A stretch of DNA of 64,000 nucleotides, taken from contig NW_027590155.1 of NCBI RefSeq assembly GCF_964213995.1, positions 558,001 through 622,000 on the forward strand. The letters run 5' to 3'. The number at the start of each line of letters is the position of its first letter. The stretch's first letter is position 1. The position numbers and the translations under genes are program-made. The notes beneath the pieces are model-generated. The model was not told the DNA's origin. It did no database searches and was given only the letters and a program-made list of their open reading frames with translations. This stretch comes from Mustelus asterias. Lineage: Eukaryota. Shown here one piece after another: positions 49,813-62,974 of this stretch.

Positions 49813-51518
49813 GTAAGTGAAACTATTCTCTGCATTTTGTGTCTGGTTATAGTTTACGAAAGTAATGTCCGATTCTCATACACCTGTAAAGAATCTTTAT
49901 CCTGTAATTGCTGCTGTTGAGTTGATTAGGAGGAGCAGGAGGCGAGAGGGTGGAGTGAAAAATTAAAACGTCCTCTGACAACTCTGTGTTAGAATTTACA
50001 AACAGCAAATTATTAGACTCCTGCAACGATGGAGGAGACCATTAAGCCCATCGCTCTTGCTTTGGGGACAGTAGAATCATCGTCATTGAATTTTACAGAA
50101 CAGGAAGAGGTCCTGCGGCCCATTGTGCCTGCTCCAGCCATTATAACCATATCTATTCCAATCGCATTTTTCAGCACTTGGTTGTAGCCTTGAATGCTAC
50201 GGCATAAATGATCTTTGGACTTGCATGCCAAGGTCCCTCTGGTCCTCTGCACTTTCTCGCGTCCTGCAGTTCATGGCGTATTCCCGTGCCTTCAAAATGC
50301 ATCACCTCACACTTTTCAGGTTTAAATTCCGTTTGGCACTGCTCTACCTGTCTGACCAGCTCGCCCATATCGTCCTGTAATCTTTGCAAGTCAGTGACAC
50401 TTAACCTCACACGAAAAACATGTGTGCATCCTTGGCTTGACTTTGTGTGAAATTTGTATACAGCGCTCCCGAAATAATGCAAATTAAATGTCTTTCTTCT
50501 GTCCTCTGTGAGGTAAATATGACTCAGCTGCTGCAATGCGAAGTTTCTGTCTTGGAAATTTTTCCTGCATATTTATTAATCACAGTGAGACACCCACATT
50601 CAGCAGTGAAATATGTGACCAGTAAGGATAAGCTTACTTAATGTCATTATCTGTGATAGACAGGGAGCCAGCATCATGTGGGAAGGTAATTGAGGACATT
50701 GCACTGATATAATGAATTTGCGCAGCTGAATATCCACCTCAGCTCGTCCTAAATTGCAGTGTCCAGTCTTTGTAGCTCCAGTCCTTAGTAATGTCATATT
50801 GGACTAAAAAAATCATAATTTTACTTTTACTTCTTGGATGTGGGCATTAAATCAAAACAAATCAAATCAAATCCGAATTGCCCTCTGGGCAATTTCAGGT
50901 TCCATGACATTGCTTCTTGGATCCAAACCACTGGACGACATATTTCCTTCTCCAAAGGACATTGTTGATCTAAATGGGCATTTACAACCCATGGCAGAAG
51001 TCCTGTTTTCATTCGCAAACTTGGCAATAATAAATTCACTTCCCTCGTCCAAGTCATTATGTATATTGTAAATAATTGTGGCCCGAGCATTGATCGCTGA
51101 GGCACTCCACTTGTAACAGATTGTCACCCTGAAAATGCTCCTCTTATCCCAACTCTCTGTATCCTATCGATTGGCGAATCCTCTTTCCATGCGAATATAT
51201 TACCCCAAACGCATAAACTCTGAATTAGCCCTCTGGCCGAGATCTTATTCAAAGCTTTTTTCTGCAAAGATAAGATGCCAACCATTGAACGGCAATGTTT
51301 TTTTACGGCAATCGTCGATAGTTGCCGGAGTTTTTACTGGAGGCTACACTTCGATCAATTTATTTGAAATTACTCCGAGTGCTGGGGTGGGAATTGAACC
51401 CATTCCTTCAGAGAAATTAGCCCGGGGTTCTGCACTACTAATCCAATGACATTGCCATTTCGCTGCAACCATCCCACAATGTTGCATGAAGAATGTTTAG
51501 TGATAGTTTCAATCAAAA

Positions 51519-51610
51519 GTTTGTTACAGAGTCAGATATCACTGTGATTAATTTCGTCTTGTGAGTTTTATGAAAGAATTAATATTCAGCGCTATCACCC
51601 AGCACTTTCC
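51519..51610 (+). pseudogene. Possible heavily decayed J relic
   Basis: GTTTGTTAC-12-CACTGTG (51540-51546), then ELIFSAITQH resembling xLIFGxGTQL; no donor seen. Confidence 0.35.
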
Positions 51611-52974
51611 TTCATGGACATATATAATATAGAGAAAGATAGAAAATAGGAGCACGAGTGGATCAGTCGACACTTAAACCCTGCTCTGCCATTCGATACG
51701 AACGTGGCTGACCCTGTAACTCAACATCATACTAGCCCTCTCCTCATAATTCTTGACACCTTTAGAGTATAGAAATATATATCATTTTAAAATATATTCA
51801 CTGATTTCGCATCCACAAACTTCTGTGGTAGAGAATTACAGTTCTCCAGCCTCTGAGTCAAGACAAAATGTCCTCATCTCAGAATTAAATGTCCAACCCT
51901 GAACACTGAAACTTTGCTCCCTTTTTCTGGACCCCACCCCGCCAAAGGAAACAATATCCCTGCATCCAGTCTGCTCATCACTGCTAAAATTCTGTATATT
52001 TCAATGACATCGCCTCTCATGTTCTAAACTCCAAGTGAATACAGATGCAGTCGCCTCTCCTGAAACGACAATCCTGCCATCCTAATAATCAGTCTGGTGT
52101 ACTTTTTCTGCACTCTTTCTATTGCAAGTGTATTTTTTCTTCGAAAGGGGACCAAAACTGCACACGATATTAGATTTCATCAAAAAAGGATTGGATTTAG
52201 GAAATGTCTTAATGGAGGAAAGTGAGGTATTAAGTTGAAAAATGTTTCTTGATTTCGCTCCTGAAAGTCTTAAACATTAAACATCGTCAAAAATCCAATT
52301 TGCTTGAATCTTGAACTCCCCAACCAGCAGCAAATGTTCCTGTTTATCAACCCTCTCCGTTTGGGAATGATTAAGTCACTCCTTAACTAAATTCCAGCGT
52401 TTTAGAGTTAAACATCATCTCCACTGTTAATCGGGTACTCTGAACATACATACAGCTTACAGAGTAAAATTTCTTCTCCTCCTGCTCTGTTCAAGGAATT
52501 CTTAAATGCTGATTTTTAATTTTATGAAAACCAGAACAAAAATGTTGCCGGTTCTGATTGCGGACTCTTCTTTATTTCAATCCTGATCTCAGATCTTCAC
52601 ATTCAAACATGAATATTAAGCTCCGAATATATTTTTCGGTCTCTCAGTGTTTATGCATTCTGTCTTCTTTACCTGTCTAAAGAATTTGAATAAAGACATT
52701 CGTTGATCAATGCTTAGTCTTAGCATATGGACAATTATAAACAACATGGTTCATTGATTTTTAATTCTAAGGTGCGTTAACTTACATTTCCCTGCACTGA
52801 AAACATCCATTAGTTTTATCCATTCACAAAATATTAATATTTCTTTGCAATTTGATGCTTCCAGCTACGCTGCTTACAATGCTGTTTATTGTGTCATTTG
52901 CATATTCAGCATTCTATCACATTTTATCACATTGTCTTAATAAACACGACTACACTGCATATCATTCTGTATAG

Positions 52975-53883
52975 ATATATATGTGCGTGCGTATTTGTGC
53001 GTGCATGTGCGCGTGCGTGTGTGTGTGTGTGTGTTTATGTGTGAGTGTGTTTGTACGTCTGTATGTCCATACCTGTCTGTGTGAGTGTCTGCGGCGTGTG
53101 TATGTATTCAAATCTCGAATCAACATAGAAGCAGGTATAGGCCATTTGGCCCATCAATACTGATCGAACATTCAAACTGATCATGGCACATTCACACACG
53201 TTCACAGACGTGCACACACGCACCCACCCATACAAAAGCACACACAGAAACACTCACACAGATGCACACAAACACACACACAAGCTACACGCACACTCAC
53301 ATTAATATTTTGTGACACAGAAACGTAGCATTTGCCTTCCTCATTGTTTGCTGTACCTGAATGCTAGCTTTTAGTGAACAGGTCTCTCTGGAAGTCAACT
53401 CTTTTCAACCTTGCACCATGTGGGACATATTCTGTATTTCTGTTTTTTTTCCCCCCAGCCAGAGTGGATAACTTCATACTTAGTTACTTTTTATTCCATC
53501 TGCCATGTCTTTGCGCATTCACTCAGCCTGTCCAAATGCCCTTGAAGCCCCCATTGCATCCTCCTCTCCATTATGTCTGTGCCATCAGCAAGGTTTTACC
53601 TATTTTATTTGGTCCCCACATCAAGTTTCTGGGTGTGTTCCAGTCACTGTGTTTGTTTCTGGGCATGTCTGTCTCTCAATACCTCCGTCTGATTGTCTCT
53701 CGATCTGTGCGTGGGTGTGTTTGTATGTGTGTGTGTGGGTGTGTGTACGCCTGTGTGCCTGTACGTCCATGCTTGCCTGTGTGTGTCTGCGGCGTGCAAA
53801 AGTATTTCAGTCTCAAAGGAACATAAGAGCAGGAGTAGGCCATTTGGCCCAAAAATAATGCTCCAACTTTCAAACAGATCATG

Positions 53884-53926
<43 letters not shown>

Positions 53927-54430
53927 CGCGCTCTCGCGCTCCTATTTGATTCCACAAATATGTATCATTTGCCTTCCACATGTCTTGCTGTGCCTACATG
54001 CTAATTTTTGCTGACCCATGAACAAGGACATCCAGCTCTCTCTGGCAACAACCCTGTCCAATCTCGCACTGTTTAGGAAATACTCTGCCTTTCTGATGTC
54101 TTTTCTTTCTGCCAGAATGGATAACTTCACACATATTCAGTTTTATTTCATCTGCCATGTTCTTGCCCATTTACTCAGCCTGTCCCAACTCCCTTCAAGT
54201 CCTCCTTGTATCCTCCTCACCATTAGTTGTGCTCATCAGCAAGATTGGAAATATTTTATTTGGTCCCCAAATCCAGTCTCTCTGTGTTTGTGTGTGGTGC
54301 TGGGTGTGTGTGTCTCTCAATGTCTCAGTGTGTGTCTGTGTGTGTGTGTGGGGGGGAGGGGGGGGAGGGGGGGGGAGGGGGGGGGGGGCGGGGCGGGGGT
54401 ATGCATGTTTCCAGATGCATGTGTGTGTCA
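52975..54430. repeat. (GT)n/(CA)n microsatellite block with an approximately 700-bp diverged tandem duplication
   Basis: Matching units near 53110-53700 and 53810-54340 (TAGGCCATTTGGCCC; ATCTGCCATGT...ACTCAGCCTGTCC); pure (CA)n at about 53886-53922. Confidence 0.7.
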
Positions 54431-56850
54431 TAGTGTCATAGAATCATAGAGGTTTACAACTTGGAAACAGGCCCTTTGGCCCAACTTTTTCATGGCGCCT
54501 TTTTCATAAACCCTAAGCTAGCCCCAATTGCCTGCATTTGGCCCATATCCCTCTAAACCCATCGTACCCATGTAACTGTCCAAATGCTTTTTAAAAGACA
54601 AAATTGTACCTCCCTCTACTACTACCTCTGGCAGCTTGTTCCGGACACTCACCACCCTCTGTGTGAAAGAAATGCCCCTGTGGACACTTTTGTATCTCTC
54701 CCTCTCACCTTAAACCTATGCCCTCTAGTTGCAGACTCCCCTACCTTTGACTATCTGACTGATCTATGCCCCTCATTATTTTATAGACCTCTATGAGATC
54801 ACCTCTCAGCCCCCTCAGAGAAAAAAGTCCCAGTCTATCCAGCCTCTCCTTATAACTCAAACCATCAAGTCCCAGTAGCATCCTGGAAAATCTTTTCTGC
54901 ACTCTTTCTAGTTTAATCATATCATTTGTATAATAGGGTGATCAGAACTGTACACAGTATTCAAAGTGTGGCCTTAACAATGTCTTGTACAACTTCAACA
55001 AGACGTCCCAACTCCGATATCCATTGAAACCAAGCATGCTGAATGCCGTCTTCACCAATCTGTCCACCTGTGACGCCACTTTCAAGGAGCTATGAACGTG
55101 CACCCCTAGATCTCTTTGTTCTGTATGTCTCGCCAACGCCCTACCATTAACTGAGTGAGTCCTGCCCTGGTTCAATCTACCAAAATGCCTCACCTCGCAT
55201 TTGTCTAAATTAAACTCTGTCTGCCACTCGTCAGCCCACTGGCCCAATTGATCAAGATCCCATTGCAAACCGAAATAACCTTCCGCACTGTCCACTATGC
55301 CACAAATCTTGGTGTCACCTGCAAACGTACCAACCATGCCTCCTATATTTTCATCCAAATCATTAATATAGATGACAAATAACATTGGACCCAACACTGA
55401 TCCCTGAGGCACTCCGCTGGTCACAGGCCTCCAGTTTGAAAAACAACGTCTACAACCACCCTCTGGCTTCTGTGATCAAGCCAATTTTGTATCCATTTGG
55501 CTTCCTCACGCTGGATGCTGTGAGATTTAACTTTACAATCAACCTACCATGAGGAAACTTGTCAAAGGCCTTGCCAACTTCCATGTAGACAACATCAACT
55601 GCCTTCTTGGCTATCCCTTCAAAAACTCAAACTCACAAGGCCATGCTGACTGTCCCGAATCAGTCCTTGCATTTCTAAATGCCTGTAGATCCTGTCTCTC
55701 AAAATACGTTCCAACAACTTACCCACCACAGATGTGAGACTCACTGGCCTGTAGTTCCCAGGCTTTTCCCTGCAGCCCTTTTTAAACAAAGGCACAACAT
55801 TTGCCACCCTCCAATCTTCAGGCACCTCACCTATGACTAACAATGATTTAAATATCTCTGCTCGGGAACCCGCAAATTCCTCCCTAGCCTCCCACAATAT
55901 CCTGGGATACACTTCATCAGTTCCCGGGGATTTATCTACCTCAATGCGCTTTAAGACTTCCAGCACCTCTTTCTCTGTTATATGTACACTCCTTAAGACA
56001 TCACTATTTATTTCCCCAAGTTCCCTAACATCCATGCTTTTCTCAACAGTAAAGACTGATGAGAAATATTCATTTAGGATCTCACCTGATAAATGTGAGG
56101 TGATTCATTTTGGTAGGACTAATTTAAATGTGGATTACGGGGTCAAAGGTACGGTTCTGAAGACTGTGGAGGAACAGAGAGATCTTGGGGTCCATATCCA
56201 CAGATCTCTAAAGGTTGCCACTCAAGTGGATAGAGCTGTGAAGAAGGCCTATAGTGTGTGGAGTTTAAGAGCCGTGGGGTTATGCTGCAACTGTACAGGA
56301 CCTTGGTGAGACCACATTTGGAATATTGTGTGCAGTTCTGGTCACCTCACTATAAGAAGGATGTGGAAGCGCTGGAAAGAGTGCAGAGGAGATTTACCAG
56401 GATGCTGCCTGGTTTGGAGGGTAGGTCTTATGAGGAAAGGTTGAGGGAGCTGGGGCTGTTCTCTCTGGAGCGGAGGAGGCTGAGGGGAGACTTAATAGAG
56501 GTTGATAAAATGATGAAGGGGATAGATAGAGTGAACGTTCAAAGACTATTTCCTCGGGTGGATGGAGCTATTACAAGGGGGCATAACTATAGGGTTCATG
56601 GTGGGAGATATAGGAAGGATATCAGAGGTAGGTTCTTTACGCAGAGAGTAGTTGGGGTGTGGAATGGACTGCCTGCAGTGATAGTGGAGTCAGACACTTT
56701 AGGAACATTTAAGCGGTTAATGGATAGGCAGATGGAGCACACCAGGATGATAGGGAGTGGGATAGCTTGATCTTGGTTTCAGATAAAGCTCGGCACAACA
56801 TCGTGGGCCGAAGGGCCTGTTCTGTGCTGTACTGTTCTATGTTTCTATGT
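54430..56850. mobile_element. Adjacent CR1 LINEs: minus (54430 to about 56083) and plus (about 56084-56850)
   Basis: RT motifs on both strands; the plus copy closely matches 61671-62452. Confidence 0.88.
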
Positions 56851-56978
56851 TCACCCGTGTGTGTGTGTATGTATATGTGTGCGTGTGTGTGTGTGTTTGT
56901 GTGCATATGTGTCTATGCATGTCCGTCTATCTGCTTATATGCCTGGGCATGTGTGCGTGTGCATGTGAGTGTGTGAAG

Positions 56979-57024
<46 letters not shown>

Positions 57025-57226
57025 AAGAGAGGCGTCACTCCTCAGCCTTCTCTGTGCCAAGCGAAAAAGCCCTAATTATCCAGTCTCAGCATTCGGTAAA
57101 TTCATGGAGAAACTCACATAGGGTTAAGACATAGAAAAAATGCGGGTCTAATCGAATGGCTCAGCAGGTTGGAGGAGGTCACTCTGTTGGATTCTGATTA
57201 TTTCCTTTTATTTATTAAATTTTCAG

Positions 57227-57538
57227 AGGCGAAAGGCCCGGTGGAGCCTACATTGAGCGTCTTTTACCCGCCAGTGCCACGGGGAGCCACCGGCATCGAC
57301 ACAGCTGCAGTTTGCTTGGCCTCGGACTTCTCGCCCAACGCAATCATGCTCTCCCTGTACACGGGATCGGGCCAGGAGGCCAATGTGACAAGACCCAGTG
57401 TCCTATTGGAGAGCGGGAATTACAGGAGCTCGGGTTTTCTCTCTTTCCGCCAATCCGAGAAATCGCCAAACATCACGTGCAAGGCATTTCACGATAATCG
57501 AAATTACTCAGTAAACATCCCGCCCACAGCTGAAATTG
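57227..57538 (+). CDS. TRDC: TCR delta constant region exon 1 (Ig C domain)
   Basis: Acceptor ttttcAG, phase 1 matching the J donors; AKGPVEPTLSVFYPP...AAVCLASDFSP...NITCKAFH...PTAEI; GTAAGT donor at 57539. Delta is inferred from the upstream D and NAR-TCR cassette. Confidence 0.88.
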
Positions 57539-58979
57539 GTAAGTTTATTTTATTTTCGTTCACGTGATGTGGGTGTCGTTGGCTTGGCCAACATTTATTG
57601 CCCGTCCTAAACTGCCCTTCAGCAGAGGACATTTAAGGGTCACTTGCCGGCCAGACCATGTAAGGACGGCAGATTTCGTTCGCTGAAGGAAGTTAGTGAA
57701 CCAGATGAGTTTTAATGATAATCGACAATGGTTTCAGGGTCATCATGAAACTTTTAATTCCAATTTTTAAAAAAATGTTCAAATTTCGCAGCTGCCATTC
57801 CCAGGTCAGCATTCTGGGTCGTTGGATTACCAGTCCAGTGACAATGCCACTGCGCCACTGCCTCCTCTCAGAATGTTTTATGACAGGAAGAACTTGCACT
57901 AAATATTATCCATCCTCTTAACGACCTAAGGACTCTCGGTGTCATCGTCACTCAAAGTGTAGTCTTTTTGAAAGATTAGCTGACTAATGATTGACGGTCA
58001 ATTATCCTAGTCTGGGGACTTCACTGCAGGAGTTCCTCAGTGTCTCAGGCCTAACCAGCTTCAGTTGCTTCATCAATCACCTTCAATCCATTGTAAGGTC
58101 AGAAGTTGGGATGTTCGCTGATGACTGAACAATTTTCAGCACCATTCATGACACCTCAGATCTTGTAGTAGTGCATTACAAATGCACCAATAGCTGGACA
58201 ATACCTCGGCTTTGACTGACAAGCTGCAAGTAACATTTGCGCCACACATGTTCCAGGCAATGCCCAACTCCAACAGGAAAGAAGCTAACAACCGGCTCTT
58301 GACATTTAATGGCATTACCATGACTGAAACAAAGAACAAAGAAAATTACAGCACAGGAACAGGCCCTTCGGCCCTCCAAGCCTGCACCGACGATGCTGCC
58401 CGACTTAACTAAAACCCCTTTCCCTTCCGGGGACCATATCGCTCTATTCCCATCTTATTCATGTATTTGTCCAGATGTCCCTTAAAACTCACTATCATAT
58501 CTCCTTCCACTACCTCCCCCGGCAACGAGTTCCAGACACCCACCACCTTCTGTGTAAAAACTCTGCCTCGTACGTCTCCTTTAAACCTTGCCCCTCGCAC
58601 CTTAAATCTATGCCCCCGAGTAATTGACTCTTCCACCCTGGGAAAAAGCTTCTAACTATCCACTCTGTCCATGCCTCTCATAATCCTGTAGACTTCTATC
58701 AGGTCAACCCCCACTATCAACATCCTGAGGGTTAACGTTGCTCAGAAACTGGACTGGACTATCCATATAAGTGCTGTAGCTGCAAGAGAATGTCGGAGAT
58801 TGGGAATCCTGTGGTGAGTAACGTATCTCCTCATCCCCCAAATTCTCTGCCCCATCCACAAGACATAATCATGACTGTGGTAGTGTATTCGCCACTTGCC
58901 TCGATGAATGCAGCTCCAATAACACTCAGACATTTGACACGACCCAGGACAAAGCAGCTCCGCTTGATTAACAGTGTGT

Positions 58980-59345
58980 TTATGAGTGTCACAAGTCGGC
59001 TTACATTAAAACTGCAATGAATTTATTGTGACAATCCCATAGTCGCCACACTCTGTGCCTGTTCGGGTTACACTGAGGGAGAATTTAGCATGGCCAATGC
59101 ATCTAATCAGCACGTCTTTCGGACTGTGGGAGGAAACCGGAGCGCCCGGATCAAACCCACGCTGACACGAGGAAAACGTGCAGACTCTGCACAGACAGTC
59201 ACCCAAGCCCGGGAATCGAACACAGGTCCCTGACACTTTGGGGGGGGGGGGAGAGGCGGGGGGGGGGGGGGGGCGGAGGGGAGTGGCGGGGCGTGGGGGG
59301 GGGGGTGGCGGTGCAGCAGTACTAACCACTGTGCCACTGTGCGGC
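58980..59345 (-). mobile_element. V-SINE with internal poly-G tract
   Basis: TTCGGACTGTGGGAGGAAACCGGAG...CACCCAAGCCCGGGAATCGAAC core on the + strand. Confidence 0.8.
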
Positions 59346-60261
59346 TCAAGCATTAAGTACTCTATTCACAAACATCCACTTCTTCCACCACCGAAGCACA
59401 ATGGCAGCAGTGTGTGCCATCCACAAGATACACAGCAGTAACTCTCCAAGTCTCCTTCCGCTGAATCTTCCAAACTCACGACCGTTATCATCTCGGAGGA
59501 CAAGGGCAGCAGATACCTGGGAACACCATCATCTGGACGTTACCCTCCATGTCACTCAGCATCCTGACTTGGAAATGTTTCGGCAGTTCCTTCACTGTCG
59601 CTGAGTCAAAATGGTGGAACTTCTTCCCTAACAGCACTGTGTGAGTACGTACCCCTGACAGACTGCAGAGGTTCAAGCAGGAGACTCACAACCATCTTCT
59701 GAAGGGGGCAGTTAGGGATTGGCAATAAATGCTGACCTGCCAGCGATGTCCACATTCCGTAAATGAATAAAAATAGTAAGAGCTAACTATTATAATTCAG
59801 GGCAGTGTGCAGGGCCCGTAACTGCTGGTACATCACCGAATTTAGGAACGTATTAAATACTAACCAGGGTCCTGGAGAATCCCGTTCCTCTGGAGAAATG
59901 CCCTGATATCATTTAATCCACTGCAGAGCTGAAATCAGGCCTCGGTTTCACGACGTTTTCGGAAGACAGTGAAATACTGCACTGATGGAACGGCCCTGGA
60001 TCCTGGGTTTTAATCCCTGATGGGGAATCGATCCTGCACTCTTTGAACTCAGAATTGGGCCGAACTAAATGGCAGAGCTACCAATGTTTCTCCGTTGTGA
60101 ATAATCAAGTGAACAAGTCCAATCGTGCTGTTTGATTCTTACTTTCTTCGTGGCTTTTGGTTATGACAACAACATTATTCAAAGTGATATTGAGAACAAA
60201 CATGGTTACAGTAATGTCACTTGCTCACTTAATAAGTCAAATGTCATTTTTGCCCTTCCAG

Positions 60262-60324
60262 ATAAACCTAAATGCCCTACAGGTCGAAGTGATTCCTTGA
60301 CAGAATCAAGTGACACGGAAAACG
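60262..60324 (+). CDS. TRDC: TCR delta constant exon 2 (connecting peptide with interchain Cys)
   Basis: Acceptor cttccAG; 63-nt phase 1/1 exon DKPKCPTGRSDSLTESSDTEN; GTATGT donor at 60325. Confidence 0.82.
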
Positions 60325-60351
60325 GTATGTGCTTTATTCAACATTTATCAA

Positions 60352-62452
60352 AGTAAAAGGCACTGATGAAAAGTGGAACTTTTTCAAGGAAAAAATACTG
60401 GGTGTCCTTGATAGGTATGTCCCTGTCAGGCAGGGAGGAAATGGCCGAGTGAGGGAACCGTGGTTCACAAAAGAGGTGGAATGTCTTGTGAAAAGGAAGA
60501 GGGAAGCTTATGTCGGGATGAGGAAACAAGGTTCAGATGGCTCGATTGAGGGTTACAAGTTAGCAAGGAATGAGCTGAAAAAGGGGCTGAGGAGAGCTAG
60601 GAGGGGACATGAGAAGTCCTTGGCGGGTCGGATCAAGGAAAACCCCAAGGCTTTTTACTCTTATGTGAGGAATAAAAGAATGACCAGGGTGAGGTTAGGG
60701 CCGGTCAAGGACAGTGGTGGGAACTTGTGTATGGAATCAGTAGAGATAGGCGAGGTGATGAATGAATACTTTTCTTCAGTGTTCACCAAGGAGAGGGGCC
60801 ATGTTTTTCAGGAAGAGAAGGTGTTACAGGCTAATAGGCTGGAGGAAATAGATGTTCGGAGGGAGGATGTATTGGCAGTTTTGAATAAACTGAAGGTCGA
60901 TAAGTCCCCTGGGCCTGATGAAATGTATCCTAGGATTCTTTGGGAGGCGAGGGATGAGATTGCAGAGCCTTTGGCTTTGATCTTTGGGTCCTCGCTGTCC
61001 ACGGGGATGGTGCCAGAGGACTGGAGAGTGGCGAATGTTGTTCCTCTGTTTAAGAAAGGGAATAGAAATGACCCTGGTAATTATAGACCGGTTAGTCTGA
61101 CTTCGGTGGTTGGTAAATTGATGGAAAAGGTCCTTAGGGATGGGATTTACGACCATTTAGAAAGATGCGGATTAATCCGGGATAGTCAGCACGGATTTGT
61201 GAAGGGCAAATCGTGCCTCACAAATTTGATAGAATTTTTTGAGGAGGTAACTAGGTGTGTTGATGAAGGTAGGGCGGTTGATGTCATATACATGGATTTT
61301 AGTAAGGCGTTTGATAAGGTCCCCCATGGTCGGCTTATGATGAAAGTAAGGAGGTGTGGGATAGAGGGAAAGTTGGCCGATTGGATAGGTAACTGGCTAT
61401 CTGATCGAAGACAGAGGGTGGTGGTGGATGGAAAATTTTCGGACTGGAGGCAGGTTGCTAGCGGAGTGCCGCAGGGATCGGTGCTTGGTCCTCTGCTCTT
61501 TGTGATTTTTATTAATGACTTAGAGGAGGGGGCTGAAGGGTGGATCAGTAAATTTGCTGATGACACCAAGATTGGTGGAGTAGTGGATGAGGTGGAGGGC
61601 TGTTGTAGGCTGCAAAGAGACATAGATAGGATGCAAAGCTGGGCTGAAAAATGGCAAATGGAGTTTAACCCTGATAAATGTGAGGTGATTCATTTTGGTA
61701 GGACTAATTTAAATGTGGATTACAGGGTCAAAGGTAGGGTTCTGAAGACTGTGGAGGAACCGAGAGATCTTGGGGTCCATATCCTCAGATCTCTAAAGGT
61801 TGCCACTCAAGTGGATAGAGCTGTGAAGAAGGCATATAGTGTGTTAGCTTTTATTAACAGGGGGTTGGAGTTTAAGAGCCGTGGGGTTATGCTGCAACTG
61901 TACAGGACCTTGGTGAGACCGCATTTGGAATATTGTGTGCAGTTCTGGTCACCTCACTATAAGAAGGATGTGGAAGCGCTGGAAAGAGTGCAGAGGAGAT
62001 TTACCAGGATGCTGCCTGGTTTGGAGTGTCGGTCTTATGAGGAAAGGTTGAGGGAGCTGGGGCTGTTCTCTCTGGAGCGGAGGAGATTGAGGGGAGACTT
62101 AATAGAGGTTTATAAAATGATGAAGGGGATAGATCGAGTGAACGTTCAAAGACTATTTCCTCGGGTGGATGGAGCTATTACAAGGGGGCATAACTATAGG
62201 GTTCATGGTGGGAGATATAGGAAGGATATCAGAGGTAGGTTCTTCACGCAGAGAGTGGTTGGGGTGTGGAATGGACTGCCTGCAGTGATAGTGGAGTCAG
62301 ACACTTTAGGAACATTTAAGCGGTTATTGGATAGGCACATGGAGCACACCAGGATGGTAGGGAGTGGGATAGCTTGATCTTGGTTTCAGATGAAGGTCGG
62401 CACAACATCGTGGGCCGAAGGGCCTGTTCTGTGCTGTAATGTTCTATGTTCT
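60352..62452 (+). mobile_element. Young 5'-truncated CR1 LINE with an uninterrupted RT frame, in TRDC intron 2
   Basis: 682-aa open frame with GNYRPVSLTS, GVPQGSVLGP and KFADDTK; no endonuclease domain or ORF1, so non-autonomous. Confidence 0.93.
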
Positions 62453-62864
62453 AAAATACTTGCAAATAGACGGATTGATAAGTGGACAAATAGGCACGGA
62501 TACAGACCCGGAGATTGAATGATAAACACATAGTGAGATGGGGAAAAAGATAGATTGTCACACAGAGTGAGGGAGAGAGATATATCAATCGAGGGGGATA
62601 GCGAGAGAGGAGGAGAGGCGGGGAGAGAGAGAGAAACTCAGAGTGAAAGAGAGATGAAGATAGATAGACAGGCAAGCAGACGGTCGGACGGACGGACTGA
62701 CAGAGATGGACAGACGGACGGACGGACAGGGATGGACAGACGGACGAAAGTCAAGCTGTTAGATAATGGAAAAAATATCACATTAGAGGTATACAGTTGT
62801 TTTTCAATACCAAATCATATATCCATTAAACCAGATCTATCATTTGTTTCTCTTATTTTGGCAG

Positions 62865-62974
62865 ATCGACTGAGGGTGAACTTTTTGTCTTTGACGGTGA
62901 TGGGACTAAGAATTTTGTTTTTCAAGAGCATTGTCTTCAATGTCATGATGACGGCCAGGGTGTGGCTATTTTGA
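62865..62974 (+). CDS. TRDC: TCR delta constant exon 3 (transmembrane/cytoplasmic)
   Basis: DRLRVNFLSLTVMGLRILFFKSIVFNVMMTARVWLF*, with the alpha/delta-type TM Arg and Lys; GTAAG donor just after the stop (62976) implies a separate 3'UTR exon. Confidence 0.9.

Noticed and set aside
49813-57226. TCR delta enhancer in the J-C intron
   Set aside because: Expected by analogy with mammals, but I could not identify a convincing motif cluster by eye.
60329-62377. 682-aa ORF as a host gene or active LINE
   Set aside because: It is a 5'-truncated CR1 ORF2 with no endonuclease or ORF1; the listed start lies in flanking intron sequence.
62555-62864. N-terminal part of the 139-aa ORF running into the TM exon
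   Set aside because: It is GA/GACA simple-repeat intron sequence; the real exon starts at the acceptor at 62865.
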